Of a stretch of 64,000 nt of DNA, positions 38,656 through 48,472 are shown one piece after another. A model generated the notes under the pieces. That model had not been told where the DNA came from. It searched no databases and was given only the letters and a program-made list of their open reading frames with translations. The stretch's first letter is position 1; every line of letters begins with the position of its first letter. The stretch covers positions 97,235 through 161,234 of the forward strand of contig CAWIUI010000008.1 in NCBI GenBank assembly GCA_963839265.1, in the 5' to 3' direction. The position numbers and the translations under genes were made by a program. This DNA is from an uncultured beta proteobacterium (GTDB lineage: Bacteria > Pseudomonadota > Gammaproteobacteria > Burkholderiales > Usitatibacteraceae).

Positions 38656-39328
38656 TGTGGTTGTTGAACGCGACGCAGGGCGAGATCACGTCGAGGAACG
38701 CCGCCCCGCCGTGCGTGAGCGCCCCCTTGATGAGCGGAACGAGCTGCGCCTTGTCGCCGGAGAAGCTCCTTCCGACGTAGGTCGCCCCGAGCTGCAGCGC
38801 GAGCGAGACGAGGTCGATCCCCTCGTCGGTGTTCACCGCGCCGCGCTTCGATTTCGAGCCGCGGTCGGCGGTGGCGGAGAACTGGCCCTTGGTGAGGCCG
38901 TACACGCCGTTGTTCTCGACGATGTAGCACATGTTCACGCCGCGCCGCATGCTGTGCGCGAACTGGCCGAGGCCGATCGAGGCCGAGTCGCCGTCGCCCG
39001 AGACGCCGAGGTAGATGAGGTCGCGGTTGGCGAGGTTCGCGCCGGTGAGCACCGAGGGCATGCGCCCGTGCACGCTGTTGAAGCCGTGCGACTGCCCGAG
39101 GAAATAGGTGGGCGTCTTCGACGAGCAGCCGATCCCCGAGAGCTTCGCGACGCGGTGCGGCTGGATCGCGAGCTCCCAGCAGGCCTGGATGATCGCGGCG
39201 CTGATGGAATCGTGGCCGCAGCCGGCGCAAAGCGTCGAGATCGCGCCCTCGTAGTCGCGCCTCGTGAGCCCCAGCTCGTTCTTCGGCAGCTCCGGGTGGT
39301 GCAGCTTCGGTTTCGCCAGGTAGGTCAT
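38656..39328 (-). CDS. korB: 2-oxoacid:ferredoxin oxidoreductase beta subunit, 3' truncated at the junction
   Basis: CAGCGH, SGIGCS, GDGD and ENNGVYGLTKGQ motifs; homology ends after SPCVAFNNH. Confidence 0.9.
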
Positions 39329-39349
39329 CGATCACCCCGAAAAGCGAGA

Positions 39350-39460
39350 GAACCACAGATGAACACGGATGAACACAGATGTCTCGAGAAGAGGAATTGC
39401 GCTGCGACAATGGCCACGGCCCGATTTCTTTCGTCACTCATCTGTGTTCATCTGTGGTTC
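39350..39460. repeat. REP/MITE-like inverted repeat built from 10-bp units
   Basis: GAACCACAGATGAACAC(G/A)GATG ... CATCTGTGTTCATCTGTGGTTC, 22 bp with 1 mismatch. Confidence 0.8.
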
Positions 39461-39474
39461 CAATGCATTTGGGG

Positions 39475-41322
39475 TCAATCCGCCGCGGCGGTCTTTTTCA
39501 GCGGGGAGACGTTGAAAGCCGAAAGGCGTGAAGCGATCGCGGAGTGGATGAAGCGCGCGGTGATCGGCGTTCCGTCGTAGTGCAGCACCGGCGTGAGCTT
39601 CTCCGACGGAAGCATCGCCTCGGCGAGGAGGAGCGTGCGCAGCTGGCCGTCGCGGTTCTGCTCGACCACGAACACGTGGTCGTGCGATCCCACGAAGTCC
39701 GACACCTCGTCGTGGAACGGGAAGGCGCGCACGCGCAGCGCATCGACCGGCATCCCCTCGCCGTCGAGGAGCCCCAGCGCCTCGTCCATCGCGGCCGCGG
39801 TCGAGCCGTAGTAGATCACGCCGAAGCGCGACCCCGGCGCCGAGGCGCGCAGCACCGGCTTCGGGATGTAGTCCTTGGCCCTCTCGAATTTCTTGAGCAG
39901 GCGCTGCATGTTGTCGACGTAGGCGCTGCCTTCCTCGGTGTAGCGCGCATAGCGGTCGCGGCTGGTGCCGCGCGTGAAGAAGGATCCGCGCTTCGGATGC
40001 GCGCCCGGATAGGTGCGGTAGGTGACCCCGTCGGCGTCCAGGTCGAGGTAGCGCCCGAACCGCTTGCCGGCCTCGAGGTCCTCGTACGAGAGCACCTTGC
40101 CGCGGTCGTAGCGAGTCGCGTCGTTCCAGGCGAGCGGCTCGCACAGCCGCTCGTTCATGCCGATGTCGAGGTCGAGCATCACGAAGACCGGCGTCTGCAG
40201 CCGCTCGGCGAGATCGAAGGCCTGCGCCGACATCTCGAAGCCTTCCTTCGGGTCCTCGGGGAAGAGCAGCACGTGCTTGGTGTCGCCGTGCGAGGCGTAG
40301 GCGCACGAAAGGACGTCCGCCTGCTGCGTGCGCGTCGGCATCCCGGTCGAGGGACCCGCCCGCTGCACGTTGATGATCACGGCCGGGATCTCGGCGAAAT
40401 ACGCGAGGCCGATGAACTCCTGCATGAGCGACACGCCCGGGCCGGAGGTGCAGGTGAAGGCGCGCGCGCCGTTCCAGCCGGCGCCGATCACCATGCCGAT
40501 CGAGGCGAGCTCGTCCTCGGCCTGGACGATCGCGTACCTGGCCTTGCCCGTGTCCGGATCGGTGCGGTACTTGCGGCAATGGCGCGAGAAGGCTTCCGCG
40601 AGCGAGGAGGACGGCGTGATCGGGTACCACGCGCAGACCGTGGCGCCGCCGTACACGCAGCCGAGCGCCGCGGCGCTGTTGCCTTCCAGGAAGACGCGCT
40701 TGCCGACGCCGTCGCCGCGCTTCACCTTCAGGCCGATCGGCGGCAGGTTCGCCACCGCGTAGTCGTGCCCCATGCGCAGCGCGTTCACGTTGGGCTCGAG
40801 GAGCTTCTCCTTGCCCTTGTACTGCTCGCCGATGAGCTCCTCCACGCGCTCGAGCTCGATGCCGAGGAGTGCGGCGAGGGCGCCCACGTACACGATGTTC
40901 TTGAAGAGCTGGCGCTCGCGCGGCACCGAATAGGCGGCGTTGCAGATCTCGGTGAGCGGCATGCCGATCACCTGCACGTCCTCGCGGAACTTCGAGGGGG
41001 AGAGGGGTTTGGTGGAATCGTAGAAGAGGTAGCCGCCCGCCTCGATCTCGGCGACATCCTTCTCCCACGTCTGCGGGTTCATCGCGACCATGAGGTCGAC
41101 GCCGCCGCGGCGGCCGAGCCAGCCCGCCTCCGAGACGCGCACCTCGTACCAGGTGGGCAGGCCCTGGATGTTCGACGGGAAGATGTTGCGTGGGCTGACC
41201 GGCACGCCCATGCGCAGGATCGACTTGGCGAAGAGCGTGTTCGCCGAGGCCGATCCGGAGCCGTTGACGTTGGCGAACTTGACGACGAAATCGTTGACCG
41301 CCTCGAGCGGCTTCATCGGCAT
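39475..41322 (-). CDS. korA: 2-oxoacid:acceptor oxidoreductase alpha subunit
   Basis: NGSGSASAN, YPITP, QAEDE, TSGPG and QRAGPSTGMPTR motifs. Confidence 0.95.
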   Translation of the reverse strand: MPMKPLEAVNDFVVKFANVNGSGSASANTLFAKSILRMGVPVSPRNIFPSNIQGLPTWYEVRVSEAGWLGRRGGVDLMVAMNPQTWEKDVAEIEAGGYLFYDSTKPLSPSKFREDVQVIGMPLTEICNAAYSVPRERQLFKNIVYVGALAALLGIELERVEELIGEQYKGKEKLLEPNVNALRMGHDYAVANLPPIGLKVKRGDGVGKRVFLEGNSAAALGCVYGGATVCAWYPITPSSSLAEAFSRHCRKYRTDPDTGKARYAIVQAEDELASIGMVIGAGWNGARAFTCTSGPGVSLMQEFIGLAYFAEIPAVIINVQRAGPSTGMPTRTQQADVLSCAYASHGDTKHVLLFPEDPKEGFEMSAQAFDLAERLQTPVFVMLDLDIGMNERLCEPLAWNDATRYDRGKVLSYEDLEAGKRFGRYLDLDADGVTYRTYPGAHPKRGSFFTRGTSRDRYARYTEEGSAYVDNMQRLLKKFERAKDYIPKPVLRASAPGSRFGVIYYGSTAAAMDEALGLLDGEGMPVDALRVRAFPFHDEVSDFVGSHDHVFVVEQNRDGQLRTLLLAEAMLPSEKLTPVLHYDGTPITARFIHSAIASRLSAFNVSPLKKTAAAD

Positions 41323-41411
41323 GGCCCGGGGGCGGGCCCGTTGTGGAAGTGACCCAGTTTACCCCCGCCGGTGCGCGGCGTGGCGGCCGCGGCTTTGCCG
41401 GCGGACAAACC

Positions 41412-42722
41412 CTAGAAGATTTCCACCTTCGTGCCTGCCTCCTGCCCGTCCTCGGCCGCGATGGCGGGGTGGCGCGGCAGCGACTCCTCGACCGCGTCGA
41501 GCTTGCGCCCTTCGACCTCCACGTCGCGCGCGCCGGGCATGCGCGGCCTGAGCGCGCTCTCCGAGTAGGCGCGCACGGCGCGGTAGAGGTCGCGCTGCAG
41601 CAGCGCCTGCGTCTCGTGCGAGAGCAGCGACAGCGACGCGGCCGCCGCACCCAGCGCCGGCTTGTGCAGGCGCTCGAGCTTCTGCCGCGTGATGTCCTGG
41701 AACTGCATCGCCACGATGATCTGGTTGATGTCCTTCTGGATCTCGACCGAGAGGTCGTTCACGTGCTTGAGCGTCGCCTCGATCTGGCGCGTCTGCTCGA
41801 TCGTCGCCTCGTTGAGGGTCCCGATCTCGGTGCGCGCGATCTCCACGGCGCGGCGCGCGGCCTCCGCCACCTGCGTCGTGCGCTTGTTCCCCTGCCGCAC
41901 CTCGTCGCCGATCGCGTCGAGGCCCGCGCGGGTCTTGCGCGTGAGCTCGTGCGCCTCGGCGCTGATCGCGCGGATGCGATCGGTCATCTCGACGAAGTCG
42001 CGCGGCGTGAGCGTCTGCGACGTCATGGCGACCGAGCTGTCGAGCGCGATGCGCGAGATCTGCGAGGCCATGTTGCGCAGGCCGTCGATCGTCCCCTCCA
42101 TGACCCGGGCATGCTCGGACACGCGCTTCTGGTGGTTGGCCATCTCGTCGGCCGCCTGCGAGAAGCCGGTCATGTGGCTGGTCACGTTCACGAGCTGCGT
42201 GTCGTAGGCCTTGATGAAGTCCGGGAGCGACAGGATGCCGCGGCGCTCGCCCTCCTCCCCGGCCTTGAGGAGCGACATGGCGGCCTCGGTCTGCTCGTTC
42301 GCCTTGCCGACCAGCACCCGGAAGCGCTTGCTGATCTCGGTGACCGCGCTCTCGGTGAGCTTGATCACCTCCTCCACCGATTGGTTCACCATGTCGAGCT
42401 TCTGGCGGTTCACCTGCGAGGCGGCGTCCCAGCGCTCGAGCATCGTGTCGAGGCCGACGACCACCTGCTGGAACAGGCGCGTGCGCTTGCGCCACTTGAA
42501 GAGCGGCTCCTCGGGATTGCCGGCGCCGAGGTCCTCGTCGTTGAGGTCCTTCATCACGAGCGCGAGCGCGACCAGCGCCGCGAGCGGCACGATCGCGAGC
42601 GAGGTGAGCAGCGCCCATTGCGGGATCAGCACGCCCAGCCACAGCCACGGCAGGAAGAGGACCACCATCAGCGCCGCCAGCAGGTACGGGTGGCGCCAGG
42701 CGAATCGGAGGTAACGGCTCAC
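41412..42722 (-). CDS. Atypical MCP-like protein
   Basis: GTGA overlap with cheW; two N-terminal TM segments, long coiled coil, MQFQDITRQ; hairpin-tip motif degenerate. Confidence 0.7.
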   Translation of the reverse strand: MSRYLRFAWRHPYLLAALMVVLFLPWLWLGVLIPQWALLTSLAIVPLAALVALALVMKDLNDEDLGAGNPEEPLFKWRKRTRLFQQVVVGLDTMLERWDAASQVNRQKLDMVNQSVEEVIKLTESAVTEISKRFRVLVGKANEQTEAAMSLLKAGEEGERRGILSLPDFIKAYDTQLVNVTSHMTGFSQAADEMANHQKRVSEHARVMEGTIDGLRNMASQISRIALDSSVAMTSQTLTPRDFVEMTDRIRAISAEAHELTRKTRAGLDAIGDEVRQGNKRTTQVAEAARRAVEIARTEIGTLNEATIEQTRQIEATLKHVNDLSVEIQKDINQIIVAMQFQDITRQKLERLHKPALGAAAASLSLLSHETQALLQRDLYRAVRAYSESALRPRMPGARDVEVEGRKLDAVEESLPRHPAIAAEDGQEAGTKVEIF

Positions 42723-43207
42723 GACGCCGACTCCGCCACCTGGCGCAGGAGGTTCAGCTCGCCGCTGGAGAGCAGGCGCTCGATGTCGACGAGGAGCACC
42801 ATGCGGTCGTCCTGCGTGGCGACCCCGTCGAGGAAGGAGCTGTCGACCAGCGCGCCCAGCTGCGGAGCCGCCTTCACCTCGCTCGCGGTGAAGCGCACCA
42901 CGTCGGAGACGCCGTCGACCACCAGGCCCACCACGCGGCCGCCGATGCGCAGGATCACCACCACGGTGAACGAGTCGTAGCGCACCTCCGGCAGCCGGAA
43001 CTTCACGCGCATGTCGATCACCGGCGCGATCACGCCGCGCAGGTTCACCACGCCCTTGAGGTAGTCGGGGGCGGAGGGAATCGGCGTCACCTTCTCGTAG
43101 CCGCGGATCTCCTGCACCTTCAGGATGTCGACGCCGTACTCTTCCTTGCCGAGGACGAAGACGAGGACTTCGCGCGTCGCTTCCCGTTCCGCCGTTGCGG
43201 TCTTCAT
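42719..43207 (-). CDS. cheW: CheW
   Basis: GGAGG RBS; YGVDILKVQEIRG and GVVNLRG motifs. Confidence 0.95.
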   Translation of the reverse strand: MKTATAEREATREVLVFVLGKEEYGVDILKVQEIRGYEKVTPIPSAPDYLKGVVNLRGVIAPVIDMRVKFRLPEVRYDSFTVVVILRIGGRVVGLVVDGVSDVVRFTASEVKAAPQLGALVDSSFLDGVATQDDRMVLLVDIERLLSSGELNLLRQVAESAS

Positions 43208-43215
43208 AGTGCCTC

Positions 43216-44910
43216 CTAGAACTCTTTCCATTCGTCGGACACGCTGCCCGCCATCGCCGCCATCGGCGCGGACGCCACGCGGCCCGCCGGTGCGATCGCG
43301 GCGGGGGCGCCCTGCCTTTCCTGCGCCGCGCGCGCATCGTGCTCGCCGCGCACGCGGAAGGCGCCCACGGCGCGCAGGAGCGCGTCGGCCTGGCGCCGCA
43401 TGCCGTCGGCCGCAGAGGCCGAGCGCTGCACGGCCTCGGCGTTCTGCTGCACGACCTTGTCCATCTCGGTCACCGTCTTGTTCACCTGCTGCACGCCGCG
43501 GCTCTGCTCGGCGGAGGCCTCGGCGATGGAGCGCATGAGGCCGCTCACCCGCTTCACGTCTCCCACGAGAGCGGCGATGGTACCGCCCGCCTGGTCCACG
43601 AGACGCGTGCCCTCGTCCACCTGCGCCACGGAGCTGCCGATGAGGTCCTTGATCTCCTTGGCCGCCTGCGCGCTCCTTTGCGCGAGCGAGCGCACCTCGG
43701 AGGCGACGACCGCGAAGCCGCGGCCCTGCTCGCCGGCGCGCGCCGCCTCCACCGCTGCGTTGAGCGCGAGGATGTTGGTCTGGAAGGCGATGCCGTCGAT
43801 CACCGAAATGATGTCGGAAATGCGCCGCGCGCTCTCGCTGATCTCGCTCATGGTGACCACCACGCGCGCGACCTCGCGTCCGCCCTGCTCCGCGCGCTTC
43901 GAGGCGCTGGACGCGAGCCCGTCGGCCTCCTGGGCGTTCTCCGCGTTCTGGCGCACGGTGCCCGAGAGCTGCTCCATGCTCGCGGCGGTCTCCTCGAGGC
44001 TCGAGGCCTGCTCCTCGGTTCGCTGCGAAAGGTCGGTCATGCCGGCGGCCACCTCCCCGGAGGCGCCCACCACGGCTTCCGCCGCCGATCGCACCTGCGT
44101 CACCACCCGCGCGAGCCCCTCGTTCATGCGCGCGAAGGAATCGAGCAGCTGGCCGGCCTCGTCGCGCGACGTGCCCTCGATCTTCGCGGTGAGGTCGCCG
44201 CGGGCGATGCGCTCGGCGTGCGACGCGGCCGCCATGATCGGTACGAGCAGCGCGCGGCGCGAGTAGAACCAGACGCCGACGATGGCCGCGACCAGCGCCG
44301 CGAGGATCGCGGCGATGGCGATGCCGTACGCGCGGCGTCCGGAGCCCACCGCCTCGCCGATGAGCTGCGCGCCGCGCTGCTGCGCGATCGCCTCCGCCTC
44401 CTCGAGCCGATCGGAGGGACCGCGGTCGAGTCCCGCGGCCGCCTTGTCGGCCGCTTCGATGTTCCACCCGCCTTGCCGCGCCGCCAGGTAAGCGCGCCGA
44501 TATCCTTCACCGGCCTGCGCATGCGCGGCCAGGAACTGGTCGAGCGCCTGCGCGACATCCGGATGCTTCGTGGCGCCGCGGGCATCGGCGACGAAGTCGT
44601 GCACCGACTTCTCCGCATCGAGGAAGGCGTTCCAGTAGTTGTCGCGCATCGACGCGTCCGCGCCGCGCATCACCACGTTCTGCCACTCCTTCACCTCGGT
44701 CTTGAACGCGACCTCGCCGCGCACGATCCCCAGCTGCGTCTCGTAATCCTCGCGGCTGATCCTCTCCACGTCCTTGGCGGCCCCGTACACGCGCGTGAGG
44801 GCGCCCAGCGCCACCGCGACCGCGACCGCCATGGCGACGCCCACGATCGCGATGAGCTTCGCCTGCAGCCGGGAGACGCGCAGGTGGCGCAGGGCGCGCA
44901 GGGGATTCAT
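43216..44910 (-). CDS. Methyl-accepting chemotaxis protein
   Basis: Two [36 protein letters not shown]; C-terminal EWKEF pentapeptide tether. Confidence 0.95.
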   Translation of the reverse strand: MNPLRALRHLRVSRLQAKLIAIVGVAMAVAVAVALGALTRVYGAAKDVERISREDYETQLGIVRGEVAFKTEVKEWQNVVMRGADASMRDNYWNAFLDAEKSVHDFVADARGATKHPDVAQALDQFLAAHAQAGEGYRRAYLAARQGGWNIEAADKAAAGLDRGPSDRLEEAEAIAQQRGAQLIGEAVGSGRRAYGIAIAAILAALVAAIVGVWFYSRRALLVPIMAAASHAERIARGDLTAKIEGTSRDEAGQLLDSFARMNEGLARVVTQVRSAAEAVVGASGEVAAGMTDLSQRTEEQASSLEETAASMEQLSGTVRQNAENAQEADGLASSASKRAEQGGREVARVVVTMSEISESARRISDIISVIDGIAFQTNILALNAAVEAARAGEQGRGFAVVASEVRSLAQRSAQAAKEIKDLIGSSVAQVDEGTRLVDQAGGTIAALVGDVKRVSGLMRSIAEASAEQSRGVQQVNKTVTEMDKVVQQNAEAVQRSASAADGMRRQADALLRAVGAFRVRGEHDARAAQERQGAPAAIAPAGRVASAPMAAMAGSVSDEWKEF

Positions 44911-44917
44911 GGCGGGC

Positions 44918-46252
44918 TCAGAAGAGCGTGACGTTGCGGCCGGCGAGCATCTCGGCGAGCGCGCCTTCCGCGTTCACCAGCCGCTCGGCCATCGTGCGCA
45001 GGAAGGCCTCGTCGAGCTGCCGGGTGCATTCGGGCGAGGCGAGCCACAGCACGTCGGGATCGAACTCGATCACCGTGCAGTCGGTCACCGCGGTCACGCT
45101 CGCGAAGCGGCGCGCGGCGTTGCGGCGCAGGAATGCCGTCTCCTCCAGGCACTGCCCCGCGCCGTGGATGCGCAGCAGCGTTCCGCGGCGCGTGACGCGC
45201 ATCTGTCCGCGCACGAGGATGAAGAACGAGTAGCCGGGATCGTCCTCGCCCACCAGCGTGGAGCCGGCGCGCACGTCGAACCAGCGGCCCATGGGGGCGA
45301 TCTCGGCGAGCGCCGCCTCGCCGAAGCCGCGGAAGAACGGCAGCGCGCGCAGCTGCGGCACGCGCTCGTCGGCGGCCACCTTGGTACCGTCGGGCTCGGA
45401 GATGCGGCGCAGGTCCGCGGCGAACGCCTCCCAGTCGGGGTAGCGGTCCGCGGGGTTGCGCGCCGTCGCGCGGGCGAAGATCTCGTCGAAGAGCGGATCG
45501 AGGCCGCTGCGATCGGCACCCGGCTTCGGCAGGTTCCCGAGCAGGATGCGCGTCATCAGCGCCGCGGGCGTGTCGGGCGGGAAAGGCAGCTCCCCGCGCA
45601 GCATCTTGTAGAGCACGATGCCGAGCGAGTACATGTCGGACTGCATCGACGCGGGCTTGCGCTCGAGCTGCTCGGGCGCCATGTAGGCGGGCGAGCCGAC
45701 CATCAGGCCGCGCGTGGGGTCGAAGGTGAAGGCGGTGTGCGCGACGCCGAAATCGGCCACCTTCGCCTCGCCGTCGGCGCCCATGAGGATGTTCGCGGGC
45801 TTGAGGTCGCGGTGCACGATGCCGAGCGCGTTCGCATAGCTCAGCGCGTCGCAGACGCGCTCGAGCACCTGCGCCACGCGGCGCGGCTCGAGGAGCCCTT
45901 CGGCCACGCAGTAGCGGTCGAGGCTTCCCGACTGCACGTATTCCATCACGATGTAGGCGCGCTGGTCGTCGGCGGCCGCGTCGTGCACCTGCGTGATGTT
46001 GGGGTGCGTGAGCTTCTTCGCGAGGAGCGCCTCCTTCAGGAAGAGCGAGCGGAAGAGCGCGCGGTCCTCGGAGGCGAGGAGGCGCGCGTCGTAGACCTTG
46101 ATCGCCACGTCGCGGGCGGGAAAGAGCTCGCGGCCGAGGTAGATCGTCGCCGACTCGCCGCGCCCGAGGACGCCGCGGATCTCGTACTGGCCGATCCTCG
46201 CCGGCATCATGGCCGTCGCGTCGTTGGGCGGGAACCCGGCGTGCACGCTCAT
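44918..46252 (-). CDS. Hanks-type Ser/Thr kinase with C-terminal cNMP-binding-like domain
   Basis: [18 protein letters not shown] and SDMYSLG motifs; ATGA overlap with cheW2. Confidence 0.9.
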   Translation of the reverse strand: MSVHAGFPPNDATAMMPARIGQYEIRGVLGRGESATIYLGRELFPARDVAIKVYDARLLASEDRALFRSLFLKEALLAKKLTHPNITQVHDAAADDQRAYIVMEYVQSGSLDRYCVAEGLLEPRRVAQVLERVCDALSYANALGIVHRDLKPANILMGADGEAKVADFGVAHTAFTFDPTRGLMVGSPAYMAPEQLERKPASMQSDMYSLGIVLYKMLRGELPFPPDTPAALMTRILLGNLPKPGADRSGLDPLFDEIFARATARNPADRYPDWEAFAADLRRISEPDGTKVAADERVPQLRALPFFRGFGEAALAEIAPMGRWFDVRAGSTLVGEDDPGYSFFILVRGQMRVTRRGTLLRIHGAGQCLEETAFLRRNAARRFASVTAVTDCTVIEFDPDVLWLASPECTRQLDEAFLRTMAERLVNAEGALAEMLAGRNVTLF

Positions 46253-46773
46253 TCGCGTTCCTCTCGCACGCGGCGCAGGAGGTGCTGCACGTCGAGCAGG
46301 AGCAGGCTCGCCGCGCCCTCCTCGCCGCCCGCGGCCCCGCGCGTGCCGATGCCCATGATGGCGCGGCCGATCGCGCGTTCGCCGAGATCCGGGGGCGGAA
46401 GGATCTCGTGCTCGGCGAGCGCCACCACGTCGGAGACGCCGGCGACCACGAGTCCCACCATGCGCCGCTCGACGTTCAGCACGATCGCGCTCGCCTTCTC
46501 GAGCGGCAGCGGCTCGGGGAAGCCGAAGATGAGGCCCAGGTCCACGATCGGCACGATCGCCCCGCGCAGGTTGATCACGCCGCGCACGTAGGGGGCGACG
46601 TGCGGCACGCGCGTCACGCGATCGATCTCGCGGATCTCCTGGACCTGCAGGATGTCGATGCCGTAGTGCTCGTCGCCCAGCCGGCAGGTGAGGAACTCGC
46701 GGCGCGGGGCCTCGGCGGCCTGCGCGCGCTCCTCGACCGACAGGGCTTCCACCATCGCGGAATCGGCGCTCAT
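46249..46773 (-). CDS. cheW: CheW (second copy)
   Basis: YGIDILQVQEIRE and GVINLRG motifs; ATGA overlap with cheB. Confidence 0.92.
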   Translation of the reverse strand: MSADSAMVEALSVEERAQAAEAPRREFLTCRLGDEHYGIDILQVQEIREIDRVTRVPHVAPYVRGVINLRGAIVPIVDLGLIFGFPEPLPLEKASAIVLNVERRMVGLVVAGVSDVVALAEHEILPPPDLGERAIGRAIMGIGTRGAAGGEEGAASLLLLDVQHLLRRVREERE

Positions 46774-47852
46774 CGCGACATCTCCTTCTTCGCCACGCGC
46801 GCGAGGGCTTTCTCGCGCAACCGGTTGAGGGGTGCAACCTCGTGAACAGCGCCCAGCTCGATCGCTTCCCGCGGCATGCCGAAAATGACCGAGGTCGCCT
46901 CGTCCTGCGCGATGTTCCACGCGCCCGCCTTCTTCATCTCGAGCATGCCCTGGGCGCCGTCGCGCCCCATGCCGGTCATGATGACGCCGATCGCATCCGC
47001 GCCCAGGTACTTCGCGGCGGACAGGAACAGGAAGTCCACCGACGGGCGGTGCAGGTTCATCGGCGCCTCGGTGGAGAGCTTGGCGAGGAGCTGCCCCTGG
47101 TCGCGCTTCACCCACAGGTGCTTGCCGCCGGGCGCGATGTAGGCGTGGCCCGGCAGGATCGGATCGTTGTGCTCGGCTTCCTTCACCGTGATCTGGCAGA
47201 GGCCGTTCAGGCGCTCGGCGAACATGCGCGTGAAGTTCTCGGGCATGTGCTGCACGACCACGATGCCCGGGCATTCGGGCGGCATCCCGACGAGGAACTC
47301 GCGGATCGCTTCCGTGCCGCCGGTGGAGGCGCCCACGGCGATCAGCTTGTCCGAGGTCTTGACGCCGCGCGGGACCGGCCGCTTCTGCACCGGGACCACC
47401 GGCACCTGGCCCAGGCCGCCTTCCTCCGGCGAGCGCCGCGGAAGCTTCAGGCGCGCGCTCTTGGCGGCGCGGATCTTCTCGGCGATGAGCGCGCCGTAGT
47501 CGTCGGGCGTCTGCTCGTTCAGCTTGGGCTTGGTGACGAAGTCGACCGCGCCCAGCTCGAGCGCGCGGAACGTCACCTCGGAGCCGCGCTCGGTGAACGA
47601 GGAGATCATGAGCACCGGCATCGGCCGCGCCCGCATCAGCCGGTCGAGGAACTCGAGGCCGCTCATCTTCGGCATCTCGACGTCGAGCGTGAGCACGTCG
47701 GGCGCGAGGTCGCGCAGCATGTCGCGCGCCTCGAACGCGTCGGCCGCGGCGCCCACCACCTCGATGTCCTCCTGCTCCCCGAGGATGTCGCTCAGGATGT
47801 CGCGGATCATCCGCGAGTCGTCGACGATCAGCACCTTGATCTTGTCGCTCAT
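46770..47852 (-). CDS. cheB: Chemotaxis methylesterase CheB
   Basis: REC domain (VDDS, LDVEMP); GASTGG, QHMP and RPSVD motifs. Confidence 0.97.
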   Translation of the reverse strand: MSDKIKVLIVDDSRMIRDILSDILGEQEDIEVVGAAADAFEARDMLRDLAPDVLTLDVEMPKMSGLEFLDRLMRARPMPVLMISSFTERGSEVTFRALELGAVDFVTKPKLNEQTPDDYGALIAEKIRAAKSARLKLPRRSPEEGGLGQVPVVPVQKRPVPRGVKTSDKLIAVGASTGGTEAIREFLVGMPPECPGIVVVQHMPENFTRMFAERLNGLCQITVKEAEHNDPILPGHAYIAPGGKHLWVKRDQGQLLAKLSTEAPMNLHRPSVDFLFLSAAKYLGADAIGVIMTGMGRDGAQGMLEMKKAGAWNIAQDEATSVIFGMPREAIELGAVHEVAPLNRLREKALARVAKKEMSR

Positions 47853-48472
47853 TTGAACAGTTCCGCCCCGCCTTCGATGGTGCCGTGGAAGAGCCGCGCG
47901 CCGTAGTCGCGCTCGCGCAGCACGATGGTGTCGTTGTTGACCTTGCGCAGCCGCTTCACCATGACCTTGCCGCTGTGCGGGAAGAAGTAGATCTTGCGCG
48001 GCCACACGTCGAGCAGGTCGCGCGCGACGATCGGGATGCGCTCGAGGTTCAGGTACTCGACGATGAAGTTCGCGTTCTGCTCGCCCACGTTGGAGAGCAT
48101 GAAGCCCTGCAGCACGTTGCCGCCCCCGAAGACCTTCGCCTCGAGCCGCTCGCGCCTGCCGCCCAGCTTGAGGATCTGGTTGATGAGCAGCTCCATCGCG
48201 TGCACCCCGTAGCGCCCGCCCGCGCTCACGTTGCCGTGGGCGCCGAGGATCTTGCCCTCGTCGGGGAGCATGAAGTGGTTCATCCCGCCGATTCCCGATT
48301 CGCCGTCGCGCAGGCATGCCGACACGCAGGAGCCGAGCACGGTGACGAGCGCCATGTCGCGGTTGGTCGCGTAGTACTCCCCCGGCAGGATCTTCGCCGT
48401 CTCGACCTTGAAGTGCGGGTCGAAATAGCGGTTGGGGACGTCGTCGCGCAGCGGATCGTCATCGCGCATCAT
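47849..48472 (-). CDS. cheD: Chemoreceptor glutamine deamidase CheD
   Basis: TVLGSCV, GGMNHFML and AKVFGG motifs. Confidence 0.97.
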   Translation of the reverse strand: MMRDDDPLRDDVPNRYFDPHFKVETAKILPGEYYATNRDMALVTVLGSCVSACLRDGESGIGGMNHFMLPDEGKILGAHGNVSAGGRYGVHAMELLINQILKLGGRRERLEAKVFGGGNVLQGFMLSNVGEQNANFIVEYLNLERIPIVARDLLDVWPRKIYFFPHSGKVMVKRLRKVNNDTIVLRERDYGARLFHGTIEGGAELFK

